A DNA stretch of 62,792 nt, from assembly GCA_037439545.1 (NCBI GenBank), contig JBBIVV010000010.1:1-62792 (forward strand), given 5' to 3'. Positions 57,369-62,792 of the stretch are shown here, in pieces (positions within the stretch are counted from its first letter, which is position 1; every line of letters starts with the position of its first letter). The notes beneath the pieces were generated by a model. It ran no database searches. It worked only from the letters and a program-made list of their open reading frames with translations, and was not told where the DNA came from. Position numbers and translations under genes: made by a program. The DNA comes from a bacterium. GTDB lineage: Bacteria > JAMCPX01.

Positions 57369-57962
57369 TTGGCTACCAATAAAAAACAGACAAAGACTCA
57401 TATCATCGTGTGCATAACGGGAGCGAGCGGGTCCGTATATGCGCTTGCGTTGATACGATGGCTTGTCAGCAACGGATATGAGGTCGATGCCATTGCATCG
57501 GACACAGGCAGGAAGGTCTTTGAGTATGAAACGGGTAAAAAGTTTACTGTCAGGGCTATTGCGTACAAACGAGGCCTTTTCACCATACAGGACAACGGCA
57601 ATTTGTTTTCCCCTTTATCGAGCGGGTCCTATAAATCCAGCAGCGTCGTCATAGTACCGTGCTCCATGGGGACCATGGGAAGGATTGCATCCGCAAGCGG
57701 CTCAAAGCTTATCGAACGCGTCGCTGATGTGGCACTGAAAGAGAGAAGGAAACTGGTCATCGTACCGAGGGAAACGCCGTTCAATCAACTTCACATCAAA
57801 AACATGCTTGCACTGTCTGTGGCCGGCGCCGTGATAGTGCCTGCCATGCCCGGGTTTTACCAGAAGCCTAAAACTGTCCATGACATCGTTGATTTTATGG
57901 TCTCGAAGATCCTCGATGCGATCGATATACCGAATAATCTGTATAATCGCTGGGGAAAATAA
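57369..57962 (+). CDS. ubiX: Flavin prenyltransferase UbiX
   Basis: ITGASG, SSGS, PCSMGT, DVALKERR, PRETP, PAMPGFY; likely TTG start 57369. Confidence 0.93.
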   Translation: MATNKKQTKTHIIVCITGASGSVYALALIRWLVSNGYEVDAIASDTGRKVFEYETGKKFTVRAIAYKRGLFTIQDNGNLFSPLSSGSYKSSSVVIVPCSMGTMGRIASASGSKLIERVADVALKERRKLVIVPRETPFNQLHIKNMLALSVAGAVIVPAMPGFYQKPKTVHDIVDFMVSKILDAIDIPNNLYNRWGK

Positions 57963-58060
57963 AGCTGCTTCTGAACAAAAACCGCGGAAGCAAAAACTTA
58001 ATCGTTCCCTCGCACGTTCCGGCTCACCGCGCGGGCGGACTTCCCTGTGACAAATTGTGC

Positions 58061-58311
58061 ATTAACCCGAAAAATGCATTGGTAAATAGGGGAGTTTGAG
58101 CGATGAGCGAGGGGGTACCCACCCGATAGGGAAGGGTCTCTGCGTCAAACGAAGGTATTCTTCGGATATCCGTAGAACAACTGCTCATGGTGTGTGCATA
58201 TAAACTTACAGAGGACTTGAAAATCATTTATATCAAAACCCCTTTGTATCTTAGGTGGATCGCAGGATTGAGCGAATGAGCAAACTTCCCTATTGCATCT
58301 TTCGGGTTAAT
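58061..58311. mobile_element. About 250-bp MITE-like element with long imperfect terminal inverted repeats
   Basis: Left ATTAACCCGAAAAATGCA..ATAGGGGAGTTTG vs reverse complement of the right end ATTAACCCGAAAGATGCAATAGGGAAGTTTG; TA-flanked. Confidence 0.65.
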
Positions 58312-59671
58312 TATTCGAAAGCTCTATTTTTTCGGATGCATAATTTTCAAAACGCGTGAATTCGCCTATGAACGTAAGTTTTATGTTCTTCGTAGGACCA
58401 TTCCTGTGCTTGGCTATGATGATCTCTGCGATACCCCTGTCCTTTTGATCGTCGTCCCTGTTGTACATCTCCTGCCGGTGAATGAACATTATCAGATCAG
58501 CGTCCTGTTCTATTGCGCCTGATCCCCGGAGGTCCGAAAGCTGCGGCTTTTTAAAATCCCTCTTCTCGCCTTCACGGTTAAGCTGCGACAGTACGAGCAC
58601 CGGGACATTCAAATCTTTGGCAAGTGCCTTCAATGAACCGGTAAGGGAAGCTATGGCAACCTGAGCACTCTCTGCGTCTTTCGGCTGCTCCATTATCTGC
58701 AGATAGTCCACGATAAGAAGCTTTAATTTATTTTCTGCTTTCAGTCTTCTCGCTTTTGCCCTCAACTCGAGCATCGATATCGCGGATTTATCATCGATGA
58801 CAATCGGCGCATTCTGAATAATCGAGGCCGCCTTGTTCAGCCTCTGGAACTCGGAAAACTCAAGATATCCCCTCTGAATGCTCATATACCTGACCTTTGC
58901 CTCGGTCGAGAGCAGCCTGTATGCAAGCTGCTGTTTGCTCATTTCGAGGGAGAAGATTGCGACAGGGTTCTGGTGCTTCACCGCGGCATTCATTGCAATA
59001 TTGAGTGCAAGGGACGTTTTTCCGACTCCGGGCCGTGCAGCAATGATGACGAGATCGGACGGCTGCAGGCCTGACGTTATCTCGTCTATTGCATCATAAC
59101 CCGTCGGCACACCGGTTATTGCCATCTTGTTTTTTCTGCGTTCCTCTATGGTATGGTATACCTGCTCTATCAGTTCCTTGGAAGTTATCAGTGTTGTCGT
59201 AAACCGCTTCTGTGTTATGTCAAAGATCATTTTTACCGAGTCATCGAGATATGTATCGACCTCCAGGGACGGGTCATACCCCATCTTTGCAATCTTCATA
59301 GAGTTTACGATGAGCTCCCGGCGTAAAGCTTTTTCCTTTATGATGTTTGCATAGGGAACAATATTGGTCGTGACCGGGGCGAGGTCTATCAGAGCAGCAA
59401 CGTAGCCCTCCCCGCCTGCTTTTTCAAGGAGCCCTTTGTTCTTGAGGTATTCCGAGATCGTCAGCACATCGATGGGCATTGTTTTCTTATTCAGCTCGAG
59501 CATTGCATCATACACAATCCTGTGGGATGCAGCATAAAAATCATCGCTGTGAAGTATGTCCATGACCTTGTAGATGGTATCCTGATCGAACAGAATATTA
59601 CCCAGCACAGCCTTCTCGGCATCGAGATTCTGCGGCAGTACTGTTTCTATGAAGGATGTTTCCGCTCTCAT
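58307..59671 (-). CDS. dnaB: Replicative DNA helicase
   Basis: PQNLDAE, ARPGVGKT, VDYLQ, LSQLNR, DLRGSGAIEQDAD, KHRNGP; start ATG 59671. Confidence 0.98.
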   Translation of the reverse strand: MRAETSFIETVLPQNLDAEKAVLGNILFDQDTIYKVMDILHSDDFYAASHRIVYDAMLELNKKTMPIDVLTISEYLKNKGLLEKAGGEGYVAALIDLAPVTTNIVPYANIIKEKALRRELIVNSMKIAKMGYDPSLEVDTYLDDSVKMIFDITQKRFTTTLITSKELIEQVYHTIEERRKNKMAITGVPTGYDAIDEITSGLQPSDLVIIAARPGVGKTSLALNIAMNAAVKHQNPVAIFSLEMSKQQLAYRLLSTEAKVRYMSIQRGYLEFSEFQRLNKAASIIQNAPIVIDDKSAISMLELRAKARRLKAENKLKLLIVDYLQIMEQPKDAESAQVAIASLTGSLKALAKDLNVPVLVLSQLNREGEKRDFKKPQLSDLRGSGAIEQDADLIMFIHRQEMYNRDDDQKDRGIAEIIIAKHRNGPTKNIKLTFIGEFTRFENYASEKIELSNN

Positions 59672-59678
59672 CGTTGTA

Positions 59679-60128
59679 TCAGGGTTTTGCCCCCACAACT
59701 TTCACCTTAAGGTTCGCAATGACTTCCGGATGGAGCTTAACGACAATATTATAAAGCCCTATACTGTGTATCGGCGTATCGAGCTCTATCTTTCTTTTAT
59801 CGATCTTCAGACCGTGTGCATCCAGTGCATCGGATATGTCCTGCGCCGTAACAGAGCCGAAAAGTTTGTCCTGATCTCCGATCTGTTTTTCTATGACGAC
59901 CTCAATGCTTTCTATCTTCAGCTTCGTATCGGTCGTATTTTTAACGAGCTTCTTTTTCAGATGTTCCACCATCATTTTCTGATGGTTGATCGCCCTGATA
60001 CTGCCTGTGTCCGCCTTCATCGCAAGCTGCTTCGGTATGAGATAATTAATGGCGTAGCCGTCTTTTACATTAATCACATCACCCACCTTACCCAGCGAAG
60101 GAATCTCATTTTTTAATATAACTTTCAT
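59679..60128 (-). CDS. rplI: 50S ribosomal protein L9
   Basis: MKVIL, VKDGYAINYLIP, KLFGSVT. Confidence 0.98.
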   Translation of the reverse strand: MKVILKNEIPSLGKVGDVINVKDGYAINYLIPKQLAMKADTGSIRAINHQKMMVEHLKKKLVKNTTDTKLKIESIEVVIEKQIGDQDKLFGSVTAQDISDALDAHGLKIDKRKIELDTPIHSIGLYNIVVKLHPEVIANLKVKVVGAKP

Positions 60129-60140
60129 TCCCTGTCTCCT

Positions 60141-60404
60141 CTATAATGCAAGTTTTTCGTTCACTGTCGTGAAGGGTAAAAGGGCAAGGATCCTTGCCCG
60201 CTTTATTGCCACGGTCAATGCCCTCTGGTGCCTTGCACAGGTACCCGTCAAACGCCTCGGAAGGATCTTGCCTCTCTCAGATATAAAACTTATTAACAAA
60301 TCTGGGTTCTTATAATCGATGGCAATGTTCTTGTCATTGCAAAATCTGCAGACCCTTTTCTTGACAACTATCGGTTTTCTTCTTGCCGGCCTTCGTTCTT
60401 CCAT
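60141..60404 (-). CDS. rpsR: 30S ribosomal protein S18 (zinc-binding C+ type)
   Basis: CRFC, IDYK, GKILPRR, CARHQR. Confidence 0.98.
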   Translation of the reverse strand: MEERRPARRKPIVVKKRVCRFCNDKNIAIDYKNPDLLISFISERGKILPRRLTGTCARHQRALTVAIKRARILALLPFTTVNEKLAL

Positions 60405-60424
60405 TTTTTTCCTCCTATAAATGA

Positions 60425-60796
60425 CTAATACTCAATTATACCTTCGTCCTCTATCGTTTTGTCCGTATGCGGATCGAGAGAAAAAATACTATTTACGATG
60501 ATCTCGATCTTTGATTTCATCTTCTCTTCACCTTCGCTCTTAACCTTGTATTTGACCTGATGCAGCCTGCCGTCCACAAGTACATGATTGCCCTTTTTCA
60601 GATACTCTATTATGAAGTCAGCGGTCTTACCGGATGCAACCACATCGAAAAAGCTTACACTCTTCTCCTGCTTGTTCTTTGTGTAGTGATTTACTGCTAA
60701 AGTAAAATCGGTAATATACACGCCATCGGGTGTTGCCTTTTTTGACGGATTCTCTGTCAACCTGCCGGCAATCAATACCTTGTTTAACTCGGGCAT
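60425..60796 (-). CDS. ssb: Single-stranded DNA-binding protein (short SSB/PriB-position OB fold)
   Basis: [27 protein letters not shown]; located between rpsF and rpsR. Confidence 0.85.
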   Translation of the reverse strand: MPELNKVLIAGRLTENPSKKATPDGVYITDFTLAVNHYTKNKQEKSVSFFDVVASGKTADFIIEYLKKGNHVLVDGRLHQVKYKVKSEGEEKMKSKIEIIVNSIFSLDPHTDKTIEDEGIIEY

Positions 60797-60805
60797 AAAC
60801 CTTTA

Positions 60806-61099
60806 CTAAGGTGTAGTGTCTACACGTACCGTAAGGTATCGCAACACACCGTCTGTGATCTTCAGGGTCCTTTCAGCTTCATTAACCGTATTCTGTTCTC
60901 CCCTCAGCACATTGAATATGTAAATACCCTTTTGCCTCTTTTTAATGGTATAGGCGAGTTTCTTTTCGCCAAGGTTCTGCTGTTCCAGCAGCTCGCCGTT
61001 CTTATTGATTGTATTGTTGATCTTCTCAACAATAGCCTTCATGCTTTCTTCCGGCAGTGAATGGTCAACGATGTACATCAGCTCATACTTTCTTATCAT
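60806..61099 (-). CDS. rpsF: 30S ribosomal protein S6
   Basis: RKYELMYI, GEKKLAYTIKK, VLRYL. Confidence 0.97.
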   Translation of the reverse strand: MIRKYELMYIVDHSLPEESMKAIVEKINNTINKNGELLEQQNLGEKKLAYTIKKRQKGIYIFNVLRGEQNTVNEAERTLKITDGVLRYLTVRVDTTP

Positions 61100-61104
61100 C
61101 TTAT

Positions 61105-61150
61105 CCTCCCTTTGGATTTATAGCCCTTCTCTTTTGAGAAGAGCAGAGAT
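61105..61150 (-). promoter_or_regulatory. S6:S18 ribosomal protein leader RNA (autoregulatory)
   Basis: Minus strand ATCTCTGCTCTTCTC-aaaa-GAGAAGGGC-tataaat-CCAAAGGGAGG: anti-SD helix, inner hairpin and CC-purine just before the SD. Confidence 0.75.
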
Positions 61151-61332
61151 TGTTTAATACTTAAATTTTAGTTTTTTAAATGTCAAATGGTTTGTTCGGG
61201 GGGCGCCAACCCGCGGTCTGAAAGTTTTGTTTTTCAGTGGAAACAGTACAATCACCGCTGCATGCCCCACCTTGCTTCAGGATTATGTCCAGCCATGGTT
61301 TCGTTCAAAAGAGCACTGAAGAAAGGTAGGCT

Positions 61333-61461
61333 TTAAGCTATAATTGACTCTATGGGTATGGGTTCTGTCATGCCAAGAGTTTTGCTGACATAGAGTTTCT
61401 CAATACCGATGGTCTTTCCCTTTTCATTCTTTCTGAGGATAACGCCTTGCCTTGCTTCTTT
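61333..61461 (-). pseudogene. 5'-truncated DUF2283-like remnant
   Basis: KEARQGVILRKNEKGKTIGIEKLYVSKTLGMTEPIPIESIIA*, preceded by an in-frame TAA (61462-61464) and lacking a start for the N-terminal half. Confidence 0.5.
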
Positions 61462-61504
61462 TTAAGTAACAATCCTTCCGATGGGTAAAAAACAATGAAA
61501 ATTC

Positions 61505-61566
61505 AGGGACACTCCCCATACTTTAACTGAAATCAACCTATTCTCAACAATACGGGGGATGTCCCT
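61505..61566. repeat. REP-like inverted repeat
   Basis: AGGGACACTCCCC ... GGGGGATGTCCCT; AGGGACACTC also occurs at 35791. Confidence 0.5.
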
Positions 61567-61570
61567 AAGT

Positions 61571-62791
61571 TCATGGCCAGTATTGCGGCCCTTTTGCTAT
61601 GCCGACCAATTCGGTAACGCTATTATCGTCATAATTGGTAATCCAGACACTGCCGTAACTGTCTATGGCTATGCCCGCGGGAGCATGCCCGACGGTATAG
61701 GTAGTAATTATTTTGCCAGCAGAACTCAGCTCGCTGACCGTACCGGTGCTGAAGCACGTAAAATCATTGCCGCAGCCATTCGTGATCCAGATATTATTCG
61801 AACCATCTATCGCTAAAGCATACGGGTTAATACCCGAAGGATATGTTCCTATAGGTAACCCTGAAGGACTTAATTCAGTTACCGTGTTATCTCCATTATT
61901 GACAACCCAGACGTTACCCGATCTATCTATCGCTACGCTGAGCGGTAGTGAGCCTACGGGGTATGTACTGATGGTCGGGCTGGTGCTGCTCAATTTGGTT
62001 ACCGTATCACTGCCGCCATTGGCAACCCAGATATTTCCCGTGCTGTCTGCGGCGATGCCAAAGGGCACCGAACCGACGGCATAGGTGCCGAGAGTCACAC
62101 CCGCAGCACTTAACTCGGTCACTGTATTATTCCCGTCATTGGTCATCCAGACATTGCCGGAATGGTCTATGGCTACACTCAGTGGTGCCGGACCTGCGGT
62201 ATAGGTGCCGAGGGTCATCCCTGTAGCATTCAACTCGGTAACCGTATCACTGCCATCATTCACGACCCAGATGTTTCCGGTATGGTCAATGGCTATGCTC
62301 AGCGGTAGTGTGCCTACAGCATAGGTGCCGAGGGTAACTCCCGCGGCGCTCAAATCCGTTACCGTTCCACTGCCGCTATTCACGACCCAGGCGTTGTCTG
62401 AAGCATCTATCACTATGCCGTACGGATTAATACCCACCGAATACGTACTCATGGTCAGCGGGATGGCGCTTGCCTTATTAGAAGGTCCGCTTTCTCCGGC
62501 ATTGTTTGCCGCAGTAACCGTAAAATAATACGGCGTGCTGTTGGTCAACCCGGTTACAATATAATCTGTAGTCGTGGTGATACCTGTATTTGTATACGGT
62601 CCGTCTGGAGCAGTAGCATCGTAGATCTTATACTTTATTGCACCGGCGGAAGCAGGCCAGTTGAGAGCTACCTGCTGGTTCCCGGCAATTGCCGTAAGAC
62701 CGGCCGGAGAAGATGGAGGCCTGGAATGACTGGAACTGCTGCTGCCGCAACTGGTCACTGAGTACAACACAACAACAACTGCAAGAGCGCT
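61571..62791 (-). CDS. Lipoprotein with an FN3 domain and NHL/Vgb-like beta-propeller (5' partial)
   Basis: Frame is open to the window end (SALAVVVVLYSVTSC lipobox); FN3 domain; six ~41-aa repeats PxxIAIDxxGNxWVxN..DTVTEL. Confidence 0.85.
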   Translation of the reverse strand, partial: SALAVVVVLYSVTSCGSSSSSHSRPPSSPAGLTAIAGNQQVALNWPASAGAIKYKIYDATAPDGPYTNTGITTTTDYIVTGLTNSTPYYFTVTAANNAGESGPSNKASAIPLTMSTYSVGINPYGIVIDASDNAWVVNSGSGTVTDLSAAGVTLGTYAVGTLPLSIAIDHTGNIWVVNDGSDTVTELNATGMTLGTYTAGPAPLSVAIDHSGNVWMTNDGNNTVTELSAAGVTLGTYAVGSVPFGIAADSTGNIWVANGGSDTVTKLSSTSPTISTYPVGSLPLSVAIDRSGNVWVVNNGDNTVTELSPSGLPIGTYPSGINPYALAIDGSNNIWITNGCGNDFTCFSTGTVSELSSAGKIITTYTVGHAPAGIAIDSYGSVWITNYDDNSVTELVGIAKGPQYWP

Positions 62792-62792
62792 T

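Noticed and set aside
58307..59671. Intein in DnaB
   Set aside because: Normal length and contiguous motifs.
7870..59698. Long N-terminal extensions in the ORF track (tauE, dsrN, valS, cyclase, hydrolase, ubiX, dnaB)
   Set aside because: They overlap neighbouring genes, promoters or hairpins; downstream starts fit family lengths and start/stop coupling.
57962..61560. tRNA, tmRNA, 6S or SRP RNA in the larger intergenic gaps
   Set aside because: I could not recognise a cloverleaf, T-loop or other diagnostic motifs.
263..62528. Numerous short antisense or alternate-frame ORFs in the track (e.g. 29917-30597, 40495-41169, 46248-46967, 14029-14685)
   Set aside because: They lie within well-supported genes, lack motifs and ribosome-binding sites, and are typical shadow ORFs.

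Overview
Bacterial chromosomal segment (about 43-45% GC by eye). The romR-valS-nadC, nadK-recN-argA, ntrYX and rpsF-ssb-rpsR-rplI-dnaB blocks suggest a deltaproteobacterial-type host (inference). The centrepiece is a contiguous reductive-type dissimilatory sulfite reductase cluster, dsrA-B-D-L-N-C-T-M-K-J-O-P (11890-23826, minus strand). Its DsrL carries the YRR motif of the NADP(H)-type DsrL-2 group. No sat, apr or qmo genes are in the window. Most interesting signal: the element ATTGTATACA (core of a TTGTATACAA palindrome, GntR-like) recurs in four promoter regions: dsrA, the divergent degenerate ROK gene, tauE-DUF1634, and an unusual lpdA-gcvH-nfnA-nfnB-tetraheme cytochrome operon 17 kb away. 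This suggests an undescribed regulon coupling a lipoyl/NfnAB NADPH-supplying module and sulfite transport to DsrL-DsrAB. Also present: a hydrolase/porin/adenylate cyclase operon, duplicated secreted TPR genes around rnhA, several MITE/REP-like elements, an S6:S18 leader, and a DUF2283 remnant. All calls come from motif recognition by eye; no searches were run.
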